In this document: positions 10,021 to 20,921 of the stretch, piece after piece | Position numbering within the stretch: the stretch's first letter is position 1 | Layout: each line of letters starts with the position of its first letter | Source: Sulfolobaceae archaeon | Lineage (GTDB): Archaea; Thermoproteota; Thermoprotei_A; Sulfolobales; Sulfolobaceae | DNA length: 64,000 nucleotides | Direction: 5' to 3' | Assembly (NCBI GenBank): GCA_038893355.1 | Contig: JAWARQ010000002.1 | Location: 128,001-192,000 of the forward strand | Program-made: the position numbers and the translations under genes | Notes under the pieces: generated by a model | The model's database searches: none | Told to the model about the DNA's origin: nothing | Seen by the model: only the letters and a program-made list of their open reading frames with translations

Positions 10021-12312
10021 TTATTTAACTCTTTTTCTCTTAATAATATTAAGAATAAACTCTGGCGTAATAGGTATCTCTATATAATCTAACGTAGTTC
10101 CAATTGCATCCTCAATTGCATTAACAATTGCAGCAGGCGGGACAGTAGCACCACCCTCTGCAACTCCCTTAGTTCCAAGGGGAGTGAAAGGAGATGGGGT
10201 ATAAAGATGATGGAGTTCTATTGAACTAGGAACTTCCATAGTTGACGGTAACCAGTACTCAGAGAACGAGGTCTGTAGAGGATAGCCCTCTTCGTTATAT
10301 TTAACCATTTCAAATAATGAAGCACCTATTCCCATTACAGTTCCTCCTAATAACTGACCATCGACGATTAAAGGATTTATTAAATTACCTGCATCACTAA
10401 CCACAATATACTTTAAAATGCTAATAAATCCAGTTTCTTCATCTATTCTAATTATGACTCCATGGGCATTTACACCATAAGTTGATGAGAAATTTACTCT
10501 TCTCTTTTCATCAGCAACATTAACGTTAGGTGAATTTAGAACTACAGAAGCTTCAATTCCAATTTCATCACCTATTAAATAGGATCTGTTATATATCATA
10601 TTTGCTATCTCTTTAATAGAATAAGATTTATTTCCTACTAAAACCTTACCATCTTCAATCTTAATTTCCGATTTCTCCACATTGAAAAGTTTTGAGGCTA
10701 ATTCTCTAATTCTCTCCTTTAATTTAATAGCAGCAAGATAAACTGCTGAAGCTCCAACTACACTAAACCTACTACCATAAAATCCAGTCCCTGGGGGTCC
10801 TGCAGTATCACCTAATATTACCTTAACATCCTCTAAATCTAAACCTAATACATCTGCTACGATTTGTGAAATAGTTGTTTCATGACCTGTTCCCATACTA
10901 TTTGTGCTTAGATTTACTAAAACCTCTCCACTGCTTTCCATCTTCATATAAACTCCTTCATAATAAGGCGTTCTCGGCTTCTTTACTACTAAGGTCTGAA
11001 ATGCTAACGATGAACCAGGTTCTAATGCAAATGCAATACCAACTCCAATGAGACCTTCCATACTCTTATATTTTTCTATTTCCAGGTAGTTTACTAGCAG
11101 CTCTAGAGCCTTCTTATAATCTCCACTATCATATATCGCACCAGTAATAGTCGTTGCTGGAAAATCAGTAATGAAATTTTCCTTCCTTAATTTAAATCTA
11201 TCATAATTCGTAACTCTTGCTACAGAATCTACAAGATTCTCTAGGACTAAGACCGCAGGAGGAATTCCTAACCCTCTATATGGTCCTGTTGGTGGCTTAT
11301 TAGTTACTACACCTTTTACTTCAAATTTTAGATACTTCATCTTATAAGCTCCAGTTAGATGATAAATTTGCCTAAGTATCGGTAACGGTTGATAAGTATG
11401 TAAATACGCCCCGAAGTCTTCTAATAAGGAAACTTCAATACCTAATAGTTGATTATCCTTATAAAGTATCTTTGCAGTATAATGCCTATCTGGACCATGA
11501 ACTGCAGAAATTATATGTTCACTCCTCGTTTCAATATATTTTACAGTCTTCCCAGTTATAATTGATGCAGCTACTGTCATTACTATTGGCTTTAAAAATA
11601 TTTTACCGCCAAATCCTCCACCAGAATCGGGGACTATTATTCTTATTTTACTCCTTGGAATGTTAAATACTATACTAACTGCAGTTTTGAAAACTTGAGG
11701 GACTTGAGTATTTGCTATTATTGTAAGTTCTCCACTTATTTTATTATATTCAGCAATTACAGCATTCGGCTCTATCGGTGAAGGGAGAATTCTATTATAC
11801 CTAAACTGCTTAGTAATCTCCTTATACTCAAAAGGTTTTTCACCATATATAAATTCGTCCTTATAAATTAAATTAGTACCAAATTCCTGATGAATTACTG
11901 GTGCATTAGGTTCTAAGGACTTAAACGGATCGATTACTGCTTCTAGAGGTTCATATTCAATTTCTATTTCATCAATAGCATCTTGCACAGAATATCTATC
12001 ACGGCCTACAACTATAGCTATAGGTTCTCCATAATAATTTGCAATATTTCTTGGAAGTATGTATTCTTTAGGTGCATTTTCAATAAAAAAGTTTGGTAAT
12101 GGATTGAAGGTCTTTATGTCATCAAAAGTTATAAGAGTTATATTACTTGAGGATGGTTCTTTAGTAATTCTAAATTTAGCGCGAGGATAGTTCGACCTTA
12201 TAACCGCCATATGAAGCATTCCAGATTGTTGAAAGTCATCAACATATTTTCCCCTTCCAGCTAAAAATCTAAGATCCTCTATTCTTTTTATCGGCTTACC
12301 TATATACTTCAC
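10021..12312 (-). CDS. Xanthine dehydrogenase-family molybdopterin-binding large subunit (CutA/aldehyde oxidoreductase-like)
   Basis: GRGKYVDD, GGGFGGK, active-site loop PYRGLG, GTKGVAEG. Confidence 0.9.
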   Translation of the reverse strand: MKYIGKPIKRIEDLRFLAGRGKYVDDFQQSGMLHMAVIRSNYPRAKFRITKEPSSSNITLITFDDIKTFNPLPNFFIENAPKEYILPRNIANYYGEPIAIVVGRDRYSVQDAIDEIEIEYEPLEAVIDPFKSLEPNAPVIHQEFGTNLIYKDEFIYGEKPFEYKEITKQFRYNRILPSPIEPNAVIAEYNKISGELTIIANTQVPQVFKTAVSIVFNIPRSKIRIIVPDSGGGFGGKIFLKPIVMTVAASIITGKTVKYIETRSEHIISAVHGPDRHYTAKILYKDNQLLGIEVSLLEDFGAYLHTYQPLPILRQIYHLTGAYKMKYLKFEVKGVVTNKPPTGPYRGLGIPPAVLVLENLVDSVARVTNYDRFKLRKENFITDFPATTITGAIYDSGDYKKALELLVNYLEIEKYKSMEGLIGVGIAFALEPGSSLAFQTLVVKKPRTPYYEGVYMKMESSGEVLVNLSTNSMGTGHETTISQIVADVLGLDLEDVKVILGDTAGPPGTGFYGSRFSVVGASAVYLAAIKLKERIRELASKLFNVEKSEIKIEDGKVLVGNKSYSIKEIANMIYNRSYLIGDEIGIEASVVLNSPNVNVADEKRRVNFSSTYGVNAHGVIIRIDEETGFISILKYIVVSDAGNLINPLIVDGQLLGGTVMGIGASLFEMVKYNEEGYPLQTSFSEYWLPSTMEVPSSIELHHLYTPSPFTPLGTKGVAEGGATVPPAAIVNAIEDAIGTTLDYIEIPITPEFILNIIKRKRVK

Positions 12313-12703
12313 TCTTTCTCACCACATACCAAGTACCTATTCCCTTGACACTAAGCTTATCATCATCATATCCATTTAATTCTACAAATACAATTCTCTT
12401 ACCTTCTTCTATCACCTTTGCTATTCCAACAAATTTCTGACCCCTTACGGGCTTCATAAAATTTATTTTTACTTCTATGGTATACTGATCTACAACATTA
12501 TCTAGAGTATGTACAGCTATACTTCCAGCATAGTCTAATGTAGAAAAGATTGCCCCACCATGTAAGATATTTCCTTTCCTCTTTAGATTATCTGTAATAG
12601 AAATATAAACTTTAGCATAACCCTTATCTATCTCTAATATATGAAGATCTAAGAATTTAAAGAAGCCCTCCTCTTCTAAATTCATTTCTTTTATTATATT
12701 CAA
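12296..12703 (-). CDS. PaaI family thioesterase
   Basis: ILHGGAIFSTLD hotdog-fold motif. Confidence 0.9.
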   Translation of the reverse strand: MNIIKEMNLEEEGFFKFLDLHILEIDKGYAKVYISITDNLKRKGNILHGGAIFSTLDYAGSIAVHTLDNVVDQYTIEVKINFMKPVRGQKFVGIAKVIEEGKRIVFVELNGYDDDKLSVKGIGTWYVVRKSEVYR

Positions 12704-13905
12704 ACCTTAACACCAAAATATCTATAATAATACTGTCTAGCTACAGTTATTCTTTGAATATCATTAGTTCCTTCATACGTCTTTAAAATCTGAAGATCCC
12801 TCAACATTCTCTCTAAGCTCGATGAGGTAGAAACGCCATAACCACCTAATGTACCCATTGCCCGTAAAACTATTCTCTCCATTGCCTCTGTTACAAAGAA
12901 CTTTGCCAAAGAAGCTGCAATTATATACTCTTTCATTTTATTATTTTTAAATAAGCTCCCTGCCCAATATGTAAGTAATCTAGAAGCTTCTAAATCTGCA
13001 AGACTCTCAGCTATCTTATTTTGTACAATCTGAAACTCTGCAATTTTCTTTTCAAAAGCTTTTCTATCTAAAGAGTATTTCGACATTAACTCGAAGGCAG
13101 CTTGCCCTATCCCTAAAGCTTGACTTGCTACTATAGTTCTAGTATAGTCAAAAGTTTCTATAGCGTATTTAAATCCCATACCCTCCTCTCCTACTAAATT
13201 CTCTTCAGGAACCTTAACCTCATTTAATTCAATTTCTGCAGTATGTGAAGCTTTTAATCCAGTAGTTTCTATTCTGCTTATCACCCTTAATCCGTCACTT
13301 TCTCTACGATCAATTACGAACATAGAAATCCCTTTCCACCTAGCCTCTGAGGATGGCGGAGAAGTTCTTGCAGTTATTATTAATGTATCCGCTATATCGC
13401 CGTTAGTTATGAATATCTTCCTACCAGTTATGATATAATATCCACCTACTTTTTTAGCTACTGAAGATATCCCTGCAACATCTGAACCTGCCCCCGGCTC
13501 AGTATTTGCAAAGGCCACAATTCTCTTACCACTTGCAACATCTGGAATATATCTTCTCTTTAACTCCTCATTACCCCATTTCATAATAGCATAATTAAAC
13601 ATCCAGTGAATCATTATATAGGTACTAAAAGATGGCCATATTCTTGAAATTTCTTCAATAGCAATTAAGAGAGAAATATAGTCACTACCTTGGCCTCCGA
13701 GTTCTGTAGGTACATCTAATGCTAAAAGACCTAATTCTACAGCCTTCTTCCTAAGTTCTAGTGGTATCTCTCTAGATCTTTCACCTTCTTCTACATACTT
13801 ACTAATCTCCCTTTCTGAAAATTCTCTCATAGCCTTCCTAAAGACTTCGTGATCCGGTTGAATCTCTAGCCTTAAATCCTCTATCGAGGAAAGCGGAAAT
13901 ACCAT
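12700..13905 (-). CDS. Acyl-CoA dehydrogenase
   Basis: TEPGAGSD, GRKIFITNG, YEGTNDIQR. Confidence 0.93.
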   Translation of the reverse strand: MVFPLSSIEDLRLEIQPDHEVFRKAMREFSEREISKYVEEGERSREIPLELRKKAVELGLLALDVPTELGGQGSDYISLLIAIEEISRIWPSFSTYIMIHWMFNYAIMKWGNEELKRRYIPDVASGKRIVAFANTEPGAGSDVAGISSVAKKVGGYYIITGRKIFITNGDIADTLIITARTSPPSSEARWKGISMFVIDRRESDGLRVISRIETTGLKASHTAEIELNEVKVPEENLVGEEGMGFKYAIETFDYTRTIVASQALGIGQAAFELMSKYSLDRKAFEKKIAEFQIVQNKIAESLADLEASRLLTYWAGSLFKNNKMKEYIIAASLAKFFVTEAMERIVLRAMGTLGGYGVSTSSSLERMLRDLQILKTYEGTNDIQRITVARQYYYRYFGVKV

Positions 13906-13927
13906 ATTTTCTCACTGATTCTAATTC

Positions 13928-15655
13928 TTACTTAAAGATAAATTCATACTTTGAAATTTCCCCTTTCTTCTTTCTTTCTTCCTCTAATCTTCTTAACTCA
14001 TTTCGCCTTATCTTACCACTTATTGTTTTAGGTAATTCGTTTACAAATTCAATTATTCTAGGAACTTTATAACTCGGTAAAAGTTTCTTTACAAACTCAA
14101 AAATTTCTCTTGCTAACTTTTCACTAGGTTCATAGCCAGGCTTTAATACTACAAAAGCCTTAACAACTTGCCATCTAACAGGGTCTGGACTTCCAATCAC
14201 TGCAGCCTCTGCTACTGCAGGATGCTCTAATAATGCACTTTCTACCTCAAATGGACCTACTCTATAATCGGATGTCTTAATAACATCATCAGCTCTTCCT
14301 ACAAAATACCAGTAACCGTTTTCGTCAAAGTATGCCTTATCTCCAGTGAAGTAGTATCCATTCTTAAATGCTTCCTCATTTCTATGAATATCTGAATAAC
14401 CTCTAAATAGTCCGATTGGTCTCCACTTTGTTAATCGTACTGCAATATGTCCAATCTCATACGGCCTAGTAATTTCGTTACCTTGATCGTCTAATAATAC
14501 TATATCATACATTGGAATTGGCTTTCCAAATGATCCTGGTTTTACTTCCATATTAGGTAAATTACCTATCATTGCAGTTGTTTCAGTTTGACCATAAAAG
14601 TCCCTAATTACATTACCAAACCTATTTTTCCAAACTTTTATTATCTCTGGATTTAATGGTTCACCTGCAGATACAACATTTCTTAATTTATCAAATTTGT
14701 ATTGTTTTAAATCTAAAATTATAAACTGCCTCCATGCTGTAGGTGGTGCACAGAATGAGGTAATATTATATGAATCTGCGACTTCAAGATATTTTGCAGG
14801 ATCTAATTTTCCAGAGTAATTAATCCCGAGAACAGTAGAACCTACAATAAAAGGAGAGAAGAATGAGCTCCATGCAAATTTAGCCCAGCCTGGTGCACTA
14901 AGATTTAAATGTAGATCATCAGGAGAAAGACCTATTATTGTTGCAGTAGATATATGGCCTATTGGATAAGATATCGCAGTATGTATTACCCTTTTCGGCA
15001 TCCCAGTAGTTCCAGAGGTAAAGTAATTTAAACTCTCGTCTTCAGAAGAAGTATCCGCAGGACTTGCATTATTACTCTCATCTTCAACTTTCTCATAACT
15101 TATCCATCCTTCTCTTTTTCCTCTAACTATAATTTTAATAATATCTGAAGATGAAGGCAGGACAGAATCGATGCGTTCAGCACTAGCTTCATCTGCTATT
15201 ATAGCTCTAGGCCTAAGTTCAGAGAATCTATATTTTAATTCATAAGGAGTAAGATTAGTAGCATTAGGAACTCCAACTATTCCGCCCTTTATTATGGCGA
15301 CAAAGGTTATCCATTGTTCAGGTAGAGTGGGCATCATAATATATAATGGATCTCCTTTATTAATATTATATTTTCTAAGAAAATTTAATAATTTATTTGA
15401 TTTTTGAATAATATCAATATAACTATATTTCTCTTCAATATTCTTATCAATATCATACCATATGAGTGCTGTTCGTGAAGGATGTTCCTTAACGTGATAT
15501 TCTTCAAAGAAATCGGATACCCAATTAAATTTCTGTGGAAGTTTTATATTATTAAGTTTCTCAATAAATTTAATTATTTTAAATATTTTTTCTTCTGATT
15601 TTTCATTAATAATCTTTAAATATTCACCTAGAATACTCTTTAAATCATTACTCAT
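13928..15655 (-). CDS. Short/medium-chain acyl-CoA synthetase (AMP-forming)
   Basis: YFTSGTTGMPK, YGQTET, TGD, PKTISGKI; start moved to the ATG at 15655 (MSNDLK). Confidence 0.9.
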   Translation of the reverse strand: MSNDLKSILGEYLKIINEKSEEKIFKIIKFIEKLNNIKLPQKFNWVSDFFEEYHVKEHPSRTALIWYDIDKNIEEKYSYIDIIQKSNKLLNFLRKYNINKGDPLYIMMPTLPEQWITFVAIIKGGIVGVPNATNLTPYELKYRFSELRPRAIIADEASAERIDSVLPSSSDIIKIIVRGKREGWISYEKVEDESNNASPADTSSEDESLNYFTSGTTGMPKRVIHTAISYPIGHISTATIIGLSPDDLHLNLSAPGWAKFAWSSFFSPFIVGSTVLGINYSGKLDPAKYLEVADSYNITSFCAPPTAWRQFIILDLKQYKFDKLRNVVSAGEPLNPEIIKVWKNRFGNVIRDFYGQTETTAMIGNLPNMEVKPGSFGKPIPMYDIVLLDDQGNEITRPYEIGHIAVRLTKWRPIGLFRGYSDIHRNEEAFKNGYYFTGDKAYFDENGYWYFVGRADDVIKTSDYRVGPFEVESALLEHPAVAEAAVIGSPDPVRWQVVKAFVVLKPGYEPSEKLAREIFEFVKKLLPSYKVPRIIEFVNELPKTISGKIRRNELRRLEEERKKKGEISKYEFIFK

Positions 15656-15752
15656 ACATATATATGTGATTACATAATAAATAAATTTTAAAGGATGATA
15701 CTTTAACACTAATACTTAAATCTCTTTTACCTTTACTTATATTGGGTTTCAA

Positions 15753-16481
15753 ATGTTAGTAATAGTAGGATTTAAGATTGTACCAGATGATTCTCTAATA
15801 AAAATAGTTGGGAATGAATTAAAAACTGATGTACCAGTTAAGATAAGTACTTATGATAAAAATGCTATTGAAGAGGCTATTAAAATAAAAGAGGCTACAA
15901 ATGGAAAGGCCATAGGCATCACTGTAGGTATCACTGATCGAAAAAGTATTAGAGAGGCATTAGCAATGGGTCTTGATGAGATTATAGCAATAAATACTCA
16001 ATATGCAGATGTTAAAAACACGGCATTAATAATAGCAGAACATGCAAAGCAATTAAATCCAGACGTTATTTTATTCGGTGAATCAACAACAGATAGTAGT
16101 ACTGGTAGCTTAGGAGGTTATGTAGCAGGAGTTCTAGAATACCCTTATGTTTCATATGTAAGAAAGCTTAAGATTGAGGGTAAAAAGTTAATTTTAGAAA
16201 GAGCATTAACACCAATTTATGAAAAAGTTGAAGTTGAAACCCCTGTAGTAATTTCGGTAACTGGTGAAATAAATGTTCCAAGAATACCTACCGTTAGACA
16301 AATAATGGAAGCATCTAAGAAGCCAGTAAAAGAAATTAAAATAGATAAATTAGATAATTCTGCAAAAATTCACTCAATAAAGCCATATATCGTTACTAGA
16401 AAGAGAATAATAATTGAAAAGCCAATGGACGAGGCTGTAGAAATATTATTAGATTACTTAAAGAAGGAGGGTGTACTATGA
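15753..16481 (+). CDS. etfB: Electron transfer flavoprotein beta subunit (FixA)
   Basis: KIVPD, DKNAIEEA, ALAMG, INVPRIP. Confidence 0.9.
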   Translation: MLVIVGFKIVPDDSLIKIVGNELKTDVPVKISTYDKNAIEEAIKIKEATNGKAIGITVGITDRKSIREALAMGLDEIIAINTQYADVKNTALIIAEHAKQLNPDVILFGESTTDSSTGSLGGYVAGVLEYPYVSYVRKLKIEGKKLILERALTPIYEKVEVETPVVISVTGEINVPRIPTVRQIMEASKKPVKEIKIDKLDNSAKIHSIKPYIVTRKRIIIEKPMDEAVEILLDYLKKEGVL

Positions 16482-17341
16482 GAGTAGTCGTATATTCAGA
16501 AGACGAGAGTTATTTCTATGTTGCGGCAGGTATAGCTAGGAGTTTAAGTAACTATATTATAGGAGTTTCACTATCTAGTAAATTGAATGTAGTTGATGAG
16601 TTATATGTTGTAAAGAAAATTGATGAAGAATTTCTCTCTAACTATATCGCGTCCCTAAAACCAGATCTTGTGATTACTGGAAATACTAAGAGAGATAGGT
16701 CTATAGCAAGTAGAATAGCAGGATTGCTAAGATCTTCCTTTTCATCTGATATTAATTCAATAAAAGTAATTAACAATAAATTAATAGTATCCAGAATAGC
16801 ATATAGTGGAATGGGTCTTGTTGAATTAGAGCTAGATCTACCCGCAGTGGTTACCATATCTCGGCAAGAAGTTAAAGTAACTGAGGTAAATTCTAAGATA
16901 TCTGAGGTAGAAGTAAGGCCAGGAAGAGTCAAAGTAATAGAAGTTTCGTCCCAAGGAGGATCAATTGAAGATATATCTTCGGCACAAATTATAGTTTCTG
17001 TAGGTAGAGGAATAGGATCTAAAGAAAATATAAAATACGCTGAGGAATTAGCAAAACTTTTAGGAGGTACAGTAGGAGGTAGCAGACCAGTTACAACTGA
17101 ATTAGGCTGGTTACCAGAAAATAAACAGATTGGATTATCTGGAACAAAGGTTAAGCCCAAATTATATATTGCGCTAGGAATATCTGGACAACCACAGCAC
17201 CTAGCTGGAATAAAAGATTCGAAAATAATAGTTGCTGTAAATAAGGATAAGAATGCACCAATAGTAGAAAATGCTGATTATATAATAGTAGGAGATGCAG
17301 TAGAATTTTGTAAAGCAATGATAAAGAGGCTATCTAAATGA
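16478..17341 (+). CDS. etfA: Electron transfer flavoprotein alpha subunit (FixB)
   Basis: VSVGRG, GGSRP, QIGLSG, GISGQPQH, NKDKNAPI. Confidence 0.92.
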   Translation: MRVVVYSEDESYFYVAAGIARSLSNYIIGVSLSSKLNVVDELYVVKKIDEEFLSNYIASLKPDLVITGNTKRDRSIASRIAGLLRSSFSSDINSIKVINNKLIVSRIAYSGMGLVELELDLPAVVTISRQEVKVTEVNSKISEVEVRPGRVKVIEVSSQGGSIEDISSAQIIVSVGRGIGSKENIKYAEELAKLLGGTVGGSRPVTTELGWLPENKQIGLSGTKVKPKLYIALGISGQPQHLAGIKDSKIIVAVNKDKNAPIVENADYIIVGDAVEFCKAMIKRLSK

Positions 17342-18567
17342 GTTATGATGCAGATGTTATAATAGTAGGCGGAGGTTTAGGAGGATTATCAGCAGCTATT
17401 TCAGCTGCTAAGAAAGGATTATCCGCAATAGTTTTAGAGAGAGGAGAATATAGTGGGGCAAAAAATGTAAGTGGGGGTAGAATGTATGTACATGCGTTAC
17501 TTAAATTAATACCAGATGCATTAGAGAGGGCACCATTAGAGAGGCCGATAACTAGAGAAACTTTTGAAGTTTATTGTGAAAAGGGGAGGAAAGTTATATT
17601 TAGCTACGAAAACAAAAATAAAAAGGAAAGTTACTCAGTATTAAGGGCAAAATTTGATCAATGGCTTGCAAAGGAAGCAGAGAATCTTGGTGCTTTAATA
17701 TCATACTCAACACAAGTAGTTTATGTAAAGAGAGAGGATAATTTCTTCTTAATATCTACAAATAGAGGAGACCTTAAGTCACCATTAATAATAGATGCTG
17801 GAGGCGTTACTGCACCAGTTTCAAGATCATTAGGTCTTAGAAACTTATCTCCAGAAAATTTTATGATAGGAGTTAAAGAAGTTATTAATATTAAGCCAGA
17901 AATTCCAGAAGATGAAGGAGAAGCTAAAGCGATTCTTGGTTTGTTAGATGGACTAAAAGGTGGAGTATTTTATTATACAAACAAAGATACCATTTCCATA
18001 GGCTATACTGCAAAGGTCGAATCGCTTCAAAAATCAGAAAAACCAGCATATGAAATAATAGAGGATGTAAGAGAAAAGTTAGGATTAAATGGCGAGATTT
18101 TGGAGTATTCAGCACATTTAATACCATATTATGGCTATGAGAAAGCTCCTAGATTATGGGATAAAGGGTTAATGATAGTAGGTGATGCGGCAGGTTTACT
18201 TATTAATGACGGATTCACAATAAGAGGTATGGATCTTGCAATAACTTCTGGAATGGTAGCCGGAGAAGTTGCTGCTGAGTTAAAGAATATTAACGATTAT
18301 ACTAAAACTTATATTTATGAAGAAAGGCTTAAAGAAACTCCAGCATATCAAGATTTTATAAATGCAAAAAATGCATTTAAAGTATTAAATTCAGAAAGAT
18401 TATTTATAAAATATCCTAAAATTTTATGTGACAGTTTAGAAGAATTATTTAGTGTAAGTGGTATAGCACCAAGAAGGAGACCAATTAAAGTATTAATAGA
18501 AAAAATGAAAGAAAATCAAGTGAATTCAAGTGAATTAATAATAGATGCTTGGAGGTTTGTCACATGA
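17338..18567 (+). CDS. fixC: FixC-like ETF:quinone oxidoreductase flavoprotein
   Basis: GGGLGG, ERG..GAKNVSGG, VGDAAG, RGMDLA; follows etfBA. Confidence 0.88.
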   Translation: MSYDADVIIVGGGLGGLSAAISAAKKGLSAIVLERGEYSGAKNVSGGRMYVHALLKLIPDALERAPLERPITRETFEVYCEKGRKVIFSYENKNKKESYSVLRAKFDQWLAKEAENLGALISYSTQVVYVKREDNFFLISTNRGDLKSPLIIDAGGVTAPVSRSLGLRNLSPENFMIGVKEVINIKPEIPEDEGEAKAILGLLDGLKGGVFYYTNKDTISIGYTAKVESLQKSEKPAYEIIEDVREKLGLNGEILEYSAHLIPYYGYEKAPRLWDKGLMIVGDAAGLLINDGFTIRGMDLAITSGMVAGEVAAELKNINDYTKTYIYEERLKETPAYQDFINAKNAFKVLNSERLFIKYPKILCDSLEELFSVSGIAPRRRPIKVLIEKMKENQVNSSELIIDAWRFVT

Positions 18568-18836
18568 AAATAGATTTATTAAAGAGGTTAGGTTTAAATA
18601 AGTACACTGTTGATCCAGATCCTCATATTACTGTAAATGATAAAATATGTATAGAATGTAAAGAAAAACCATGTACTAAGGCTTGCCCTGCTGGGACGTA
18701 TGAGGCCTTACCAGATGGAAGAATAATCGTGCATTATGAAAGATGCTTAGAATGTGGAGGTGCATTAGTTATATGTCCATTTAATTCAATACAATTTAGA
18801 TTCCCAAATAATGGAATAAGTTATAGGTATGGATAA
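18564..18836 (+). CDS. fixX: FixX-like ferredoxin
   Basis: HI..C..C..PC..ACPA, CLECG..CP, C-terminal SYRYG; SD GGAGGT before ATG 18564. Confidence 0.88.
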   Translation: MKIDLLKRLGLNKYTVDPDPHITVNDKICIECKEKPCTKACPAGTYEALPDGRIIVHYERCLECGGALVICPFNSIQFRFPNNGISYRYG

Positions 18837-18837
18837 C

Positions 18838-19050
18838 TTAGCTTTCCCTAATCATTACATATCCTACATATGCTATAAAACTGAATACTCCTAAGATTAT
18901 TAAAAAATTTATAATTTTTATAAAATACGGTGAAATGTTAAATTGGCCAATATTTATTTGGAAATCTAAAAATATAATTAAAAAACTTATAATTACAATA
19001 AATATAGATAGAGATATTAATAGTGCACCAAGAATTTTATACTTTAGCAA
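18838..19050 (-). CDS. Small two-TM membrane protein
   Basis: 70 aa with two hydrophobic helices; overlaps the epimerase stop. Confidence 0.7.
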   Translation of the reverse strand: MLKYKILGALLISLSIFIVIISFLIIFLDFQINIGQFNISPYFIKIINFLIILGVFSFIAYVGYVMIRES

Positions 19051-19960
19051 TTAAATCCCTCACAGCCTTTCTTACTGCCTCTTTCGAGCTAAATTTAGGC
19101 TTCCATCCCAGCTTCTTAATTTTAGAAATGTCAAGTAGCATAACCCTTACATCACCCGCCCATCCCCTTCCATCTCCAGTATCTATATAAACATGCTCAG
19201 GAGAAACCCCCATTTCTTCTTCTACTATTCTTGCTATTTCATTAACACTAATATAATCCTCATTACCTAAGTTGAATTCTTCATAACTTTCATTTACTTT
19301 AGATTCAAGAAGTAAAAATCCATCTATTACATCAGAAATATAGATATAACTTTTCTTCTGCTTACCATTACCTAAAATTTCTAATCTTTTGTTATCATTT
19401 CTTAATTTTTTAATAAAATCTACAATTACACCATGATTCATTCTTCCTCCAACAACATTAGCTAACCTAATTACTATACTCCTTAATCCATATACCCTTG
19501 AATAATATTCTATCATATTTTCACAAATTAATTTAAATAAACCGTAATTAGATATAGGTTTCTTCTCTGCATTTTCAGGGGTAGGAAGTATCTTAGCCTC
19601 TCCGTAAACCGTTGAAGAAGAAGTAAAGATTAATTTCGTAGCATCAAGTCTTCTAGCAAGTTCTAATACCACTAATGTAGCCTTTACATCACTTTCAAAG
19701 TGAGTGAAAACATCTAACATAGAATCTTTAACACTTGGATTTGCTGCTAAATGATATATTATAGAATTTTTATAATTAATAAAAATATTATCATTAATTT
19801 CCAAAAATCTTAAGTCTTGTTTTATTAGTCTAGCTTTAGGATTAACATAATTTCCAGAGGAGAAGTTATCTATAACTAGAACCTCCTCCTTATATACTTC
19901 AACTAGTCTATCTACTAAATGCCCACCTATATATCCTGCACCACCAGTTATTATATACAT
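19037..19960 (-). CDS. NAD-dependent epimerase/dehydratase (UDP-glucose 4-epimerase-like)
   Basis: [20 protein letters not shown], extended SDR fold. Confidence 0.9.
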   Translation of the reverse strand: MYIITGGAGYIGGHLVDRLVEVYKEEVLVIDNFSSGNYVNPKARLIKQDLRFLEINDNIFINYKNSIIYHLAANPSVKDSMLDVFTHFESDVKATLVVLELARRLDATKLIFTSSSTVYGEAKILPTPENAEKKPISNYGLFKLICENMIEYYSRVYGLRSIVIRLANVVGGRMNHGVIVDFIKKLRNDNKRLEILGNGKQKKSYIYISDVIDGFLLLESKVNESYEEFNLGNEDYISVNEIARIVEEEMGVSPEHVYIDTGDGRGWAGDVRVMLLDISKIKKLGWKPKFSSKEAVRKAVRDLIAKV

Positions 19961-19986
19961 AAGAACTCACCATATTATCTAAATAT

Positions 19987-20077
<91 letters not shown>

Positions 20078-20112
20078 TTAGTAATTATAAGGGAGAGGTA
20101 TATAAATTCACT

Positions 20113-20406
20113 TTAAGTTTTAGTTAATCCCTTACGTTTACATAATTCATTGTAAATCATTTTTAGTGTATACTGCTTACTCTTAATTTTTTTAACTACA
20201 ATAAGTATAGAGTATTGTTTGTCTGCTGGATGATATTTATTATTTATAATAATTGGATCTAATCCTAAAATCTTCGAAACTTCAATAATATCATTTACTG
20301 ATATCTTCTGAATTAACTTAAACCTCCTACCCTTTCTTCTACTCTCGCCTAAAAAATATACAGGCCATATTACTACCCTTTCACCTTCAAACTCCCTAAG
20401 ACTCAT
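20113..20406 (-). CDS. srp19: Signal recognition particle 19 kDa protein
   Basis: VIWPVYF..SRRKGRR, K.HP, SKQ..LK; downstream of rps8e. Confidence 0.88.
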   Translation of the reverse strand: MSLREFEGERVVIWPVYFLGESRRKGRRFKLIQKISVNDIIEVSKILGLDPIIINNKYHPADKQYSILIVVKKIKSKQYTLKMIYNELCKRKGLTKT

Positions 20407-20792
20407 TACTCCTTAACCAACACAGCATTTATTACACCATCTTGACCAGGTCGTGAGGTTACTATTGCGTTACCAATTTCTGTCTTTATTTTAGCACCTT
20501 TAACTATTATTCCCCTTCTCGCATACTCCCTATTAGCTGGAGTTTCCAAAATTCCTAATATTTTAACTTTTTTAGAAGATTTAGAAGCAGGATCATATAC
20601 ATTCGCAAAAGCTGCATATTTTAATCTTATCTTATAATTTCCACCCATAACTCTCTCACGAACTCTAACGTCCTCATTAGATAACTTAGTCTCAGTTGGT
20701 GGAGAGCCCATTTCATATTTTCTTTTGTCACGTCGTGGACTTTTCATTCCACCGGTTATTTTCCTTAAATCATTACCTTGATAAACACCCAT
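20406..20792 (-). CDS. rps8e: 30S ribosomal protein S8e
   Basis: MGVYQG..RKITGG, VTSRPGQDGVINAVL. Confidence 0.97.
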   Translation of the reverse strand: MGVYQGNDLRKITGGMKSPRRDKRKYEMGSPPTETKLSNEDVRVRERVMGGNYKIRLKYAAFANVYDPASKSSKKVKILGILETPANREYARRGIIVKGAKIKTEIGNAIVTSRPGQDGVINAVLVKE

Positions 20793-20921
20793 TTCGAGTA
20801 CTAACTTTAGTCATGGAATAAATAAAATTGAGGGTTATGATAGTTAAGAGCTAAAATTACGATTAATTTTTAGTTAATATCTTTTTTATTAATATTTAGT
20901 TAAATAATATATAAACTAAGT

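Noticed and set aside
10021-12312. Aerobic CO dehydrogenase large subunit
   Set aside because: The active-site loop is PYRGLG, not the form I AYxCSFR; no coxM or coxS adjacent
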